64,000 nt of DNA from positions 8,464 through 72,463 of the forward strand of contig JBFGJG010000019.1 of assembly GCA_041577295.1 (NCBI GenBank). Direction: 5' to 3'. The stretch is from Gemmatimonadales bacterium (GTDB lineage: Bacteria; Gemmatimonadota; Gemmatimonadetes; Gemmatimonadales; GWC2-71-9). Of this stretch, positions 37,851 through 47,168 are shown one piece after another. Within the stretch, counting starts at the first letter, position 1; every line of letters begins with the position of its first letter. Position numbers and translations under genes: made by a program. The notes under the pieces are model-generated. The model saw only the letters and a program-made list of their open reading frames with translations, was not told where the DNA came from and searched no databases.

Positions 37851-38597
37851 ATGCAGGCCCGCCGTGCACGAGACCGAGTCCCGCATATCGCCAGCTGGAG
37901 CCCCAGCTTCGGCCCGGCGGGTCTTCCCGCCTACGAGCGTGCCAAGCCGTCGTTCATGCTCATCGACCCCGGTGGACCTGGACTCCTCTTGATTCCCACG
38001 GATCACGTCCGCGAGATCCCCCGTGGTGAGGGAGGCGAGGAGCTATCCAGGCGCGTCCGCGCGCGCGCAGCGCGGTGGCTGGAAAGCACGGAGCGCTCGC
38101 GACGGAGGACCTTGATTACCGAGACGCTCGTGCTCCTGGCCGAGGAGTTGAGTCGCATCCGGTCGAGCGTGGAAGTCATCGAGGCGCTGCTTCGCCATGG
38201 GGAGACGATCTTCGGCTGTCGAAGAGCGTTCATTCTTGCATTTGAACCTTCTGAACCCGGGGGAATGGGCACCTGGCGGTTGTGGCACGGTGAGGGAGAC
38301 CGCTCGTTCGCTGCGCCGTCCCTTTCGGTTGTGCCTTTTTCGTTTGCACCGGTGTTCGTGAGGCGCGAAGCACAGAACAAAGAAACCGGGTCGTGTTTCT
38401 CACTGGTGTTTGACCAAACGGATGCCCATGTGCTCTGTGCCGCAGCCATTGCCGAAGATTGTTTGCTGGTCGTGGCGGAGAGGCGGGGTGGAGCCGAACC
38501 CGATGCCGATGACTGGTACGTGCTGCGAACCGTCGCCCGCTTTGCCCAAGCAGCGCTGTCCCACAGTCGCATGCTCGACGAGATCGGCGGCGGCTAA
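37851..38597 (+). CDS. Hypothetical protein with GAF-like C-terminal region
   Basis: GGAG RBS; EELSRIRSSVEVIEALL..., DDWYVLRTVARFAQAAL..RML resembles GAF flanking helices. Confidence 0.55.
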   Translation: MQARRARDRVPHIASWSPSFGPAGLPAYERAKPSFMLIDPGGPGLLLIPTDHVREIPRGEGGEELSRRVRARAARWLESTERSRRRTLITETLVLLAEELSRIRSSVEVIEALLRHGETIFGCRRAFILAFEPSEPGGMGTWRLWHGEGDRSFAAPSLSVVPFSFAPVFVRREAQNKETGSCFSLVFDQTDAHVLCAAAIAEDCLLVVAERRGGAEPDADDWYVLRTVARFAQAALSHSRMLDEIGGG

Positions 38598-40411
38598 GAA
38601 CCCCCGAGCAACACCTCGAGCTTTTGGGCACGCAAGATCGACTCCTCGAGCGCCTCGATGAGTCGATTCCGCTCTCGGATCAGTGTTGTCTCGGCGAACT
38701 GATACCGATCAGTTCCTCGCGGTTCCTCCCTGAGAATGCTGGCGGGAGCCAGCCCCGGTAGCATACCCAGACTCACGCCAGGATCGGGGTGGTACGGATC
38801 CGACGGGGAGTAGAGCACCCGGTGCAGCGGCCGGAGCAGATCTACCAGCGCCACGTCCAGCTGTTCATCGGCGACCGGCGGAACCTTCGCATGAATCCGC
38901 TCGATGAGTTGCGCGAGGTCTTGTTGCCGACGCGTCGCCTCACTGAGGTCGAGGCGTCCACCCGATTCGTGTTCCCGTTGGCGAATGAGGTCACCCAAGC
39001 CAGCGAGTTCAGCCCGCAGATCGAGTGGCAGCATCGGTGCGGCTAGCAACTCGGAGAGCGCGTCGACATAGAGCTCGGTATCGGTCTCGAGGACCGTAAA
39101 GTCGACCTTGTCAAAGGTGTCTTCCGGTGTGTGCCACCACCAATAGCCTCCGTCCTCCGCGAGCCGCGTGTGGTGAATCTGAAAGAGCGGTAACCCAATC
39201 CCGTTGAAGGACTGGTCGGAATTGCGTCCCGGCCGGCCTGGATCGATGCGGTTGCCGGTCGCCCGCTGAATGACGCGCTGCGCCAGCGGTGCCAGTGAAG
39301 ATGTGGTCGACGCAGCGAACCGCTTGGCGCCCATTTGCCCCACGCCGTCGATGTTGACATACGCGATGCCCCGGTCGCGCAGCTCCTGAAAGAAATGATC
39401 CGCAAACCAAGTCGAACCGGCATATCTAGCGTTGCTATGTCCGGGCCACCAGGCGACGACGAGCCCCCGGCGGAGACGGTGACGCTCGCGTTCAAAGGCG
39501 CGCGCCAATTCCACCATGGCGGCGTTCGAAGCCCCCTCGTCCGTCCCACCGCGATACCACGCGTCGATATGTCCACCGAGCAAGACATACGGTGCTGCGT
39601 TCGCATCGGGTGGGTCGACCCGGGCGACTGCCAGACGGAGCGGTTTCCACCCGGTGCGCACCTGGACGGTCAAGCGGACGCGCACCGGTCCCGTTGCCAG
39701 CCACTCGCGCAGGCGTGCTCCTGCACTTCGCGTAATCTGCGCGACGGGGATATCTGGCAGCCGATGCGCGTTGCGCAGCGACGGGATTCCCCACGTCGAC
39801 GTGACGATGAGATCGTTGAGACGTTCCTCCGGATTCACGAAGACTACGCCGGCGGCGCCGAGCTCGGCGAGTACCGTGGTGGGCACGTTGCGCGGGAGGC
39901 CGTCGACCATGGCGATGGCACCTGTGAGGTTTGGGTCGCTCGGTCCCACCGGCAGGACCAGGCGTTCGCCGGTGCCGGTCTCGAGCGCGGGCAGATCGTC
40001 CAAAGATCCGAGGTCCACCAGCGCCGCTTCCAATCGATCCGCCGAAGCGGAGAACGACGCGGTAATCGCCCGCGGGGTGAAGTCGTGCCCGACGACTTCT
40101 AGCTGCGCCGCAAAGGGGTCGCTGGCATAGGCGAGAAACTCGTGGACGTCGACGCGAATCCCTTCGGCCCGCAACGTCTCCACGATGTAGTCGATCGCCG
40201 CATTTTCTCCAAGACTGCCGGACGGGCGCTCATGCGCCACGATCGCCCGCGTGTGCCGCTCTAACCTGGTCGGTGTGATGTGTTGCCGAGCGGCCAGCGA
40301 GAGCAGGCGTACGGCAGGGTCCGGCTGTGCCTGCTGGGCGAGAGTTGGCGAGGCGGAGGCCGCCAGCAGTCCCAGCGTGATGGCGATAAAGGACTGTGAT
40401 GCGGCAATCAT
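38594..40411 (-). CDS. Secreted M28-family peptidase with PA domain (variant)
   Basis: Signal peptide; RPSGSLGE, GHIDAW, TDEG, VNIDG, WHTPEDT. Confidence 0.85.
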   Translation of the reverse strand: MIAASQSFIAITLGLLAASASPTLAQQAQPDPAVRLLSLAARQHITPTRLERHTRAIVAHERPSGSLGENAAIDYIVETLRAEGIRVDVHEFLAYASDPFAAQLEVVGHDFTPRAITASFSASADRLEAALVDLGSLDDLPALETGTGERLVLPVGPSDPNLTGAIAMVDGLPRNVPTTVLAELGAAGVVFVNPEERLNDLIVTSTWGIPSLRNAHRLPDIPVAQITRSAGARLREWLATGPVRVRLTVQVRTGWKPLRLAVARVDPPDANAAPYVLLGGHIDAWYRGGTDEGASNAAMVELARAFERERHRLRRGLVVAWWPGHSNARYAGSTWFADHFFQELRDRGIAYVNIDGVGQMGAKRFAASTTSSLAPLAQRVIQRATGNRIDPGRPGRNSDQSFNGIGLPLFQIHHTRLAEDGGYWWWHTPEDTFDKVDFTVLETDTELYVDALSELLAAPMLPLDLRAELAGLGDLIRQREHESGGRLDLSEATRRQQDLAQLIERIHAKVPPVADEQLDVALVDLLRPLHRVLYSPSDPYHPDPGVSLGMLPGLAPASILREEPRGTDRYQFAETTLIRERNRLIEALEESILRAQKLEVLLGGS

Positions 40412-42009
40412 TCTCGAGCAGGGAACGCTTCGCCGATCGCGATGGCGGACCGCAAGCCGAGCGCTACGAAGGTGAGCGTGCCGTTGGCGCAACCGCCAGT
40501 CGGCATCGTCGGAGCGCCCACGACGAACAGATTTTCATGGTCGTGGGTTCGCCCGTAACTGTCGCACACACTGGTAGCCGGATCGGATCCCATGCGGCAG
40601 CCGCCAGCAGGGTGGTCTTGAAACTCGTTCACGCCCATCCACAGGATCTTCCCATTTCCGGCGCGTGCCATCTCGCCAAACAAGTCTCTGATGCGTTGCT
40701 CGGTATGGCCGCGAAGTGCGGCAGATGCTTCACCGTCCCGGAACTGCAGGCGGGGAAGCGGATCTCCCCACGGGGTGCGACGCGTCCTGTCCAGTGTTAA
40801 CTCGCTGTTCCGCGCTGGAAGCACATCGTAGTACGCGCGTACCCGTGCTGTGCCACGACGCGTCCGTGCACGCCAATCGCGCATCATGGCGTCGCCCAAC
40901 AGCAGATGACCGTCCTCATCTCGCAGCCTCGGTTGCTTGCCGAACGACGACTCCCAGATCCTGAGATCGTGGCGAATGTAGCGGTCGAGCGGACCCGGCC
41001 GCATGAACTTCTTCGTGACCAGGCTGTGCTGTGCGTTCATACCGGGATAAATGTCGAGCGGCAGATCGATGTAGGCACTCACGCTGCGGTGACCGTTCAG
41101 GTACTTGCCCACGAGCCCCGAACGGTTTGCGATTCCCTGAGGAACGCGATCCGATGCCGAAAGCAGCAGGAGATGCGCGCTCCACACATAGCCGCCAGCC
41201 ACCACGAACGTCTTCGCGCGGAACTCTACTGGCTGATCGGGCCGATCGCGATCGAGTGCTATGGCCCGTTCGATCCGGTCGCTGCCAGCTGCAAGCTCGA
41301 GACGCCGCACGACCGTGCGTGTGAGCAAGTCGACTTTTCCGGCAGCGCGCAGCGCGTTCCAAGTAAAATCGGGAGAGTACTTCGCCCCGATTGGGCAGAT
41401 GGGCGAACACGTATCGTTGCGACAACAGGGGGGACGACCGTCGTATGCGATGGAGTTCTTTGCGGACGGCTGGCTCCAGAACGGGATGCCAGCGCTCGCA
41501 CCCCATGCGTCGAGCTGCTCAAGGTTGTAGGACAACGGGAGGGCGGGGAGCGGATACGGCTTGCCACGGGGATCCAACTCGGGCGGTCCCTGCGCTCCCG
41601 CGACGCCCATCCGTTCCTCAGCCTCTTGGAAGTAGGGATCCAGGTCATCATAGGTCAGGGGCCAATCGGCACCTACGCCGTAGAGCGTCTCGACGCGAAA
41701 ATCCTCCGGACTGAACCGGGGTGTCACACCTCCCCAGTGCATCGCGAGCCCTCCGACACACATGGACCGCGATTGGATTCCGTCCACTTCCATGCCGTCG
41801 ATGTGATCGCTCGGCCATGGATTCTCCTCGTACTGCACGAACCGCGCGCGACGCGCGGGGCGACGCTCCAACGGGACAACGTGGTCACCCGCCTCCACGA
41901 CGACCATTCGGGCCACACGCTCCTTGGCGATCTTCTCCGCAAGCAGAGCGGCCGTGATGCCCGAGCCGATGATGCAGATGTCCGTCTCAACTACCCGCGG
42001 CCGTGTCAT
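40408..42009 (-). CDS. GMC-family FAD oxidoreductase, large subunit
   Basis: IIGSGITA, VGGLAMHWGG, CCRNDTCSPICPIGAKY, HPAGGCRMG, ANGTLT. Confidence 0.92.
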   Translation of the reverse strand: MTRPRVVETDICIIGSGITAALLAEKIAKERVARMVVVEAGDHVVPLERRPARRARFVQYEENPWPSDHIDGMEVDGIQSRSMCVGGLAMHWGGVTPRFSPEDFRVETLYGVGADWPLTYDDLDPYFQEAEERMGVAGAQGPPELDPRGKPYPLPALPLSYNLEQLDAWGASAGIPFWSQPSAKNSIAYDGRPPCCRNDTCSPICPIGAKYSPDFTWNALRAAGKVDLLTRTVVRRLELAAGSDRIERAIALDRDRPDQPVEFRAKTFVVAGGYVWSAHLLLLSASDRVPQGIANRSGLVGKYLNGHRSVSAYIDLPLDIYPGMNAQHSLVTKKFMRPGPLDRYIRHDLRIWESSFGKQPRLRDEDGHLLLGDAMMRDWRARTRRGTARVRAYYDVLPARNSELTLDRTRRTPWGDPLPRLQFRDGEASAALRGHTEQRIRDLFGEMARAGNGKILWMGVNEFQDHPAGGCRMGSDPATSVCDSYGRTHDHENLFVVGAPTMPTGGCANGTLTFVALGLRSAIAIGEAFPARE

Positions 42010-42599
42010 CGCCCACCTCCACCACCAAGCGGTTTTGGCTTGCTGGGCGCTTGATCGAGCGAACGACAGGTTTCCTTTCCGATGACGGCACGGTAGCAGA
42101 GGTCGGCTGCCTCCGGCGTACTGTAGAAGTAGGCGAGCAACCCCAGCGCGACGTGCGGTGCTGCAGTGGGGTGGGGGAGTCGTTCGTCGGAGACGAGGTT
42201 CTCGATCTCTTCGGTCACGAGACGCTGCCGGGCGACGAGAGAGGTGTCGGTGAACGCTTTCATCTCTTGCCGCCGTGCCGCCTCCTCCAGCGCCGTCAGC
42301 TGCGCCGTCCATTGCTCGGTTGGATCCTCCGGCAAATGCTCGATCTTGCCTGTCCCGTAGCCGTGATCTCGTTCTGCGCCGGGCCGATAGGCCTGCAACC
42401 ACCGATCGAACGCGGTGACCACGCGCTCAACTCCGTGCGATCCCAGCTCTGAGGGCAACACCACCTCACCGAGCGCCAGAAGGAGGCCGCGGTCGAAAAT
42501 GGAGGTGAGAGGTTGTGTGCGTATGTTGCCCGCGAGCGACGCGGCGGGAACCGCACCCGCGACGGTCGCAACGAACTTTCTACGGTCGAACGGAGTCAT
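42006..42599 (-). CDS. Tat-signal small subunit (gluconate 2-dehydrogenase subunit 3-like)
   Basis: FDRRKFV Tat motif; LGEVVLP; YFYSTPEA; ATGA overlap with the GMC gene. Confidence 0.75.
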   Translation of the reverse strand: MTPFDRRKFVATVAGAVPAASLAGNIRTQPLTSIFDRGLLLALGEVVLPSELGSHGVERVVTAFDRWLQAYRPGAERDHGYGTGKIEHLPEDPTEQWTAQLTALEEAARRQEMKAFTDTSLVARQRLVTEEIENLVSDERLPHPTAAPHVALGLLAYFYSTPEAADLCYRAVIGKETCRSLDQAPSKPKPLGGGGGR

Positions 42600-42674
42600 T
42601 TTCTCTCCTGCCTCTTCTGACTCTGTGTCTCTCCTCTCGATCCCGCTGATCCCGCTGATTCTCGAGAGGCAGAT

Positions 42675-43880
42675 CTAATTCTTATAAACGTTCCCACCCC
42701 TCATCACAAACGCCACCCGCCTGAGCGCCGTGACGTCTTCCAACGGGTTGCCGTCGAGTGCAATGATATCGGCGGCCATCCCTGGTGCGATCGACCCAGT
42801 CTCGTTGTGGAGGCCAAGAGACCGGGCGGCCCGGCTGGTGGCTGAGACGATGGCGTCCATGGGATCCTGCCCGCCCTCCTGCACGCGGTAGATCAGCTCC
42901 TCGAAGTTGCGACCGTGCGATCCAGCCACCGCATCTGTGCCAAACACGATAGCGAGGTTGGGTGTTTGAAGTGCCTGCCGAAACACCGCGAGCGCCTTTG
43001 GCACCGCGCGCTCCATGGCGGCAAACCCTTCTTCGGTGTAGTTACCAACGCCCAAGAACTTGGCTTTGTTTTCGAAGTAGTTGCGAAAGATCAGCCCGAT
43101 GTGTGGGTCATAATACGTTCCGGCTTGTGCCATCTGGAGAAGGGTCTCCCGGTCCAGCAGCGCTCCGTGCTCGATGACGGTACAACGCGCATTTACCGTT
43201 CGGCGCGCGCTTTCGGGACCGTGCGCGTGCACGGCAATTCGCAGCCCCAAGCCCCGCGCCTCGTCACAGGCGGCGACGAGCTGTTCCTGCGTCATCGTTG
43301 GGCCACCGCCGTCACGAATGCTCTCTGACGCGAAGAGCTTGATCACCCGAGCGCCCTGTGCCTGTCGCTCCCGCACCACCACGCGGAGCTCATCCGGCGT
43401 ACCCGATCGGGAGCCGAGCGGCGCAAGCGATGTGATGACGCGGGGTCCCGGTAGCCCGTGTTCGATTGCTTTGGCAACCGGTCCCTCGACCGGTGAGCCG
43501 AGACTCTGCACCGTCGTGATGCCACCCAACAGCGTGCGATACGCGTTCTCCGCCGTGTGAAGCGCCGCGTGCGCGGACTCGGCATCGGCGTCGCCTGACG
43601 CGGTGTGGATGCGATTACCGTCATCAAAGTGCCACGACAGGTGAACGTGCGTGTCGATTCCGCCTGGCATCACGGTGAACGCCGAGAGGTCGTACGTCGT
43701 TGTGCCCGTGCTTGCTTGCACGGCGACGATTTCCGATCCGCGAATCACGACCGTTTGATCGGTGAGCACTCCGCCGCGGCCGTCCAACAGCATTCCAGCA
43801 CGGATGGTCACTGGTGATTGCCCGAAGACAAGGCTGGATGCGGAGAAGGTCAGGCAGACGGCGATTGCGGCTTGCCGCAT
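42675..43880 (-). CDS. Secreted metal-dependent amidohydrolase (prolidase-like)
   Basis: PGGIDTHVH, IKLFAS, AVHAHG, IEHG, FGTDA, GSIAPGMAADII. Confidence 0.9.
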   Translation of the reverse strand: MRQAAIAVCLTFSASSLVFGQSPVTIRAGMLLDGRGGVLTDQTVVIRGSEIVAVQASTGTTTYDLSAFTVMPGGIDTHVHLSWHFDDGNRIHTASGDADAESAHAALHTAENAYRTLLGGITTVQSLGSPVEGPVAKAIEHGLPGPRVITSLAPLGSRSGTPDELRVVVRERQAQGARVIKLFASESIRDGGGPTMTQEQLVAACDEARGLGLRIAVHAHGPESARRTVNARCTVIEHGALLDRETLLQMAQAGTYYDPHIGLIFRNYFENKAKFLGVGNYTEEGFAAMERAVPKALAVFRQALQTPNLAIVFGTDAVAGSHGRNFEELIYRVQEGGQDPMDAIVSATSRAARSLGLHNETGSIAPGMAADIIALDGNPLEDVTALRRVAFVMRGGNVYKN

Positions 43881-44041
43881 GACGATGCCCCGTTGTGTGG
43901 AAGGTCCTGCATATGGTGGCGTAACAAAGTGGCCTGCGGAAGGGGCACGGCGGGAACCCTTCCCGCCGGGAATCGGTAGTAATAATCTCGGAGAGCGGCT
44001 CCTTCCCGCGTGCCGCCTACCTTCAACCGCCAGCTTGCCTC

Positions 44042-44467
44042 ATGACACGGATACTCCGCCTGTATCGACTCGTGTCCTTCAGCGCACTCGCCACGGCGTT
44101 CGTCGCGTGTGGTTCCGGTCCAGTCGAAATGAGTGGCCCCGGTACCCTCCTGGGGACGTTGCACTCGCCCAATGGACCCGAGGGTGCGGCCGTAATCGAT
44201 CTGGTAGGCCCAGGGCTTGGGCTCCTTCGGGTCGAAAGTGGGCTCGCGTTTACCAGCGTGTCAGGTGATGTCACGCGCGCCGTCATCCTGCGCGACCGGC
44301 CGGGCGTGATTGAGTTTACGCTCGAGGTACCCGATCGCGGCTCGCCTCCGGCCGTGAATCTCATCGAGGTGGCAGGCGGAGACGATCAGTTGCGGTCCTC
44401 ACTCCAGGAGTATGCGGTCCGCTTCGCAGCCGTCCCGTCGTCTCCAGAGCGTGCGGCATCGCGATGA
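44042..44467 (+). CDS. Small beta-rich lipoprotein
   Basis: FVA-C lipobox; ATGA overlap with the next gene. Confidence 0.75.
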   Translation: MTRILRLYRLVSFSALATAFVACGSGPVEMSGPGTLLGTLHSPNGPEGAAVIDLVGPGLGLLRVESGLAFTSVSGDVTRAVILRDRPGVIEFTLEVPDRGSPPAVNLIEVAGGDDQLRSSLQEYAVRFAAVPSSPERAASR

Positions 44468-46089
44468 CGAACGTCCGCCTGTACACCCGGCTTGCTGTTC
44501 TGACAGTCAGTGTCTTACCACTGAGGCTGCTCGCCGCGCAGGACATCGAGGTGACTTCACAGGTCACCGGGGTTCCACTTCCGCCAGCGTACTTTGAGCG
44601 TATCGCGAGGCAACCGAACGCATTCGAGATCGAGGAGGGGTGGATCGCACGTGCTGCGCAGATGCGCGCGTCCGGGCAGGCGGTGACGGGCACGCTGCCG
44701 GTGGTAGTGATTCTCGCGTTGTTCTCCGATTCGCGAGAACCGTCCATCTCGCACACTGATGTACAGCAGGCGCTGTTCGACGGCCCAACACCCAACGGCA
44801 CTTTGACCGATTTCTACCGCGAGGCGTCGGGCGGGTTGCTCACGGTGTCCGGTCAGGCGCTGCCCTGGGTGCGCACGCAGATCACCCTGGCGGAGACGGT
44901 TGGAAACAACTTCGGGTTGGGCGGATCGCAGACCGGGGTGTATCTCACCCAGGCGCTCCAGATGGTCGATCCCGGCACCGACTTTGGCGAGTTCGACAAC
45001 GACGGTCCCGACGGTATCCCCAACAGCGGGGACGACGATGGGTTTGCGGACGCCGTGGCGTTTCAGTTTCTCGAACCGGCAGCTTCCTGTCCGGGTCCTG
45101 GCATCTGGCCACATCGATCGAGCCTCGCCGCATGGAACGGGGAGCCGTTCGCGACCAATGATCTCCGCCCGAGTGGCGATCCCGTTTTCGTCAACGGGTA
45201 CATCATTCAGAGCACAGTCGATTGTGGCGGCACCGAGATCCAGAACGCCGGCACGATCGCCCACGAGATGGGACACGTGCTCGGGTTGCCTGATCTGTAC
45301 GACAATATCGAAGGGATCCTCCCGGAGAACCGTTTTTGGGTGGTGGGGTGCTGGTCGCTCATGGCCGCTGGGGCATGGGGCTGTGGCACCACGCAAGATC
45401 GCACCCTGGTGCGAAGGCCCCCGCACATCGGCGCGTGGGAAAAGGTCCGCTTGGGGTGGGTCACCCCAGATTCGATCACCGCTACGACGGACTCCACTAT
45501 CCTGCTGCAACCGATTCGCACGACTGGACAGTTGCTCAAAGTCCAACTTTCACAAACGGAATACCTCTTGGTCGAGTACCGCGACAAGCAAGGGTTCGAT
45601 CAGGACCTCCCCTCGGCGGGGGTGCTCGTGTACCGGGTGGACGACAAGCGCTTACTGAGACCGTGTCGCTCGTGCCCGCGTCTCTATCACGTGCAGTTGG
45701 TAGAGGCAGACGGGAACGAAGGGCTGGTGCGCAACATGCCACGGGGAGGGAATCGGGGTGAGGCGGGTGATGTGTTTGGGACGCAGGTCAACAGATTCAC
45801 CAATGCCACCATTCCCTCGACCCGATTGACCACTGGTGCGGTGACCGCAGTGGCGTTTCACCGGATCGTGGTGGAAGACGGACACGCACGAGTCGAATTG
45901 TCCACCAGCGATCTCGAGGCTGCACGCCTCGTTGGGGTATTGCTCGGAACTGGGCAACTCACGGACGACGAGCTGGCGTTCCTCGACAGGGTGGGTAACG
46001 CGAACGGCCGATACGACGTCGGCGACCTCAGGCGTTACCTCCGGGACCATCCGGCGGCGCGGTCAAGCGCACAGGCGTCATCGCCATGA
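44464..46089 (+). CDS. M6 (immune inhibitor A-like) metalloprotease
   Basis: DFYREASGG, IWPH, HEMGHVLGLPDLYD, WSLMAAG, AWEKVRLGW. Confidence 0.92.
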   Translation: MTNVRLYTRLAVLTVSVLPLRLLAAQDIEVTSQVTGVPLPPAYFERIARQPNAFEIEEGWIARAAQMRASGQAVTGTLPVVVILALFSDSREPSISHTDVQQALFDGPTPNGTLTDFYREASGGLLTVSGQALPWVRTQITLAETVGNNFGLGGSQTGVYLTQALQMVDPGTDFGEFDNDGPDGIPNSGDDDGFADAVAFQFLEPAASCPGPGIWPHRSSLAAWNGEPFATNDLRPSGDPVFVNGYIIQSTVDCGGTEIQNAGTIAHEMGHVLGLPDLYDNIEGILPENRFWVVGCWSLMAAGAWGCGTTQDRTLVRRPPHIGAWEKVRLGWVTPDSITATTDSTILLQPIRTTGQLLKVQLSQTEYLLVEYRDKQGFDQDLPSAGVLVYRVDDKRLLRPCRSCPRLYHVQLVEADGNEGLVRNMPRGGNRGEAGDVFGTQVNRFTNATIPSTRLTTGAVTAVAFHRIVVEDGHARVELSTSDLEAARLVGVLLGTGQLTDDELAFLDRVGNANGRYDVGDLRRYLRDHPAARSSAQASSP

Positions 46090-47087
46090 GAGGTCTGGTC
46101 GTGCCCGCAATCGCCGTCGTGGTGCTGAGTGGTTGTTCGGATGCCACGATGCCGGGCGGGGTGCCGTCGCTTGTGTTCGTGTCCACGCGTGACGGCGATG
46201 AAGAGATCTACTTCGTCCACGAAACGGGTGCGCTACGCAACATCAGCAAGCACCCCGCTAGGGACTGGTCGCCGGTATGGTCACCGGACGGATGGCGGCT
46301 GGCGTTTGTCAGCGATCGGAACGGCAACGCCGACATCTACGTCGCCAGCTTTTTCACACCCACGCCAAAGCTGGTCAACGTCAGCCGGCACGACGCAGCT
46401 GACGTCGAGCCCGCCTGGGCGCCGGACGGTTCCCGGTTGGCGTTTACCAGCTACCGTGATGGGGATGGTGAGATCTACCTGGTGAATCCCGATGGCAGCG
46501 CGTTGCGGAATCTCACGCAAGATCCAGCGCCAGATACGCAGCCGGCGTGGTCACCCGACGGCTCGCGCATCGCGTTCACCAGCGCCCGAGGATCGCGGAG
46601 CGACATCTTCAGCATAGACGTCACCCGGGGCGAGGTGCGCCGACTCACGGGAAGCGCCGAAGGCGACAGCTACGGACCCTCATGGTCCCCCACCGGTACG
46701 TTCGTGCTGTTCACCACGCTGCAAGATTCCCGAACCGACGTCATGATGGTCCAGTCGGACGCGACGGCACTGCAGAATCTCTCGCTGCATGCAGCGTTCG
46801 ACGAGAACCCCACCTGGTCACCCGAAGGGTCACAGATCGCCTTCGAGAGCCTCCGTGATCTCGGGTGGGACATCTTCGTGTTACGGGGTGACGGGACGCT
46901 ACTCAACATCACCGCGGGGCCTGGCTTTGAGAGTGCACCCGTCTGGTCGCCCGATGGCATGCGCATCGCCTTCGAAAGCAACCGTAATGGCAATTGGGAT
47001 GTCTTCATTGCCAACGCGGACGGTACCGGTGTCATCCTCGTCGACGATAGTCCGGCCAACGAATCGTCGGTGACCTGGAGGCCCTAG
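46086..47087 (+). CDS. TolB-like PD40 beta-propeller lipoprotein
   Basis: LSG-C lipobox; repeated P-x-WSPDG..IAF-x-S-x-R-x-G-x-x-DIY. Confidence 0.9.
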   Translation: MRGLVVPAIAVVVLSGCSDATMPGGVPSLVFVSTRDGDEEIYFVHETGALRNISKHPARDWSPVWSPDGWRLAFVSDRNGNADIYVASFFTPTPKLVNVSRHDAADVEPAWAPDGSRLAFTSYRDGDGEIYLVNPDGSALRNLTQDPAPDTQPAWSPDGSRIAFTSARGSRSDIFSIDVTRGEVRRLTGSAEGDSYGPSWSPTGTFVLFTTLQDSRTDVMMVQSDATALQNLSLHAAFDENPTWSPEGSQIAFESLRDLGWDIFVLRGDGTLLNITAGPGFESAPVWSPDGMRIAFESNRNGNWDVFIANADGTGVILVDDSPANESSVTWRP

Positions 47088-47168
47088 GAGCCGTCCTTCC
47101 GTCCTTCCATCCTTCATCCTAGAATTCATCTCCGCTGACCTCAATCGCGCGCCTAACGGAGGCTCCTC

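Noticed and set aside
46200..47080. Recurring TGGTC(A/G)CC motifs as DNA repeats
   Set aside because: They encode the WSP of PD40 blades
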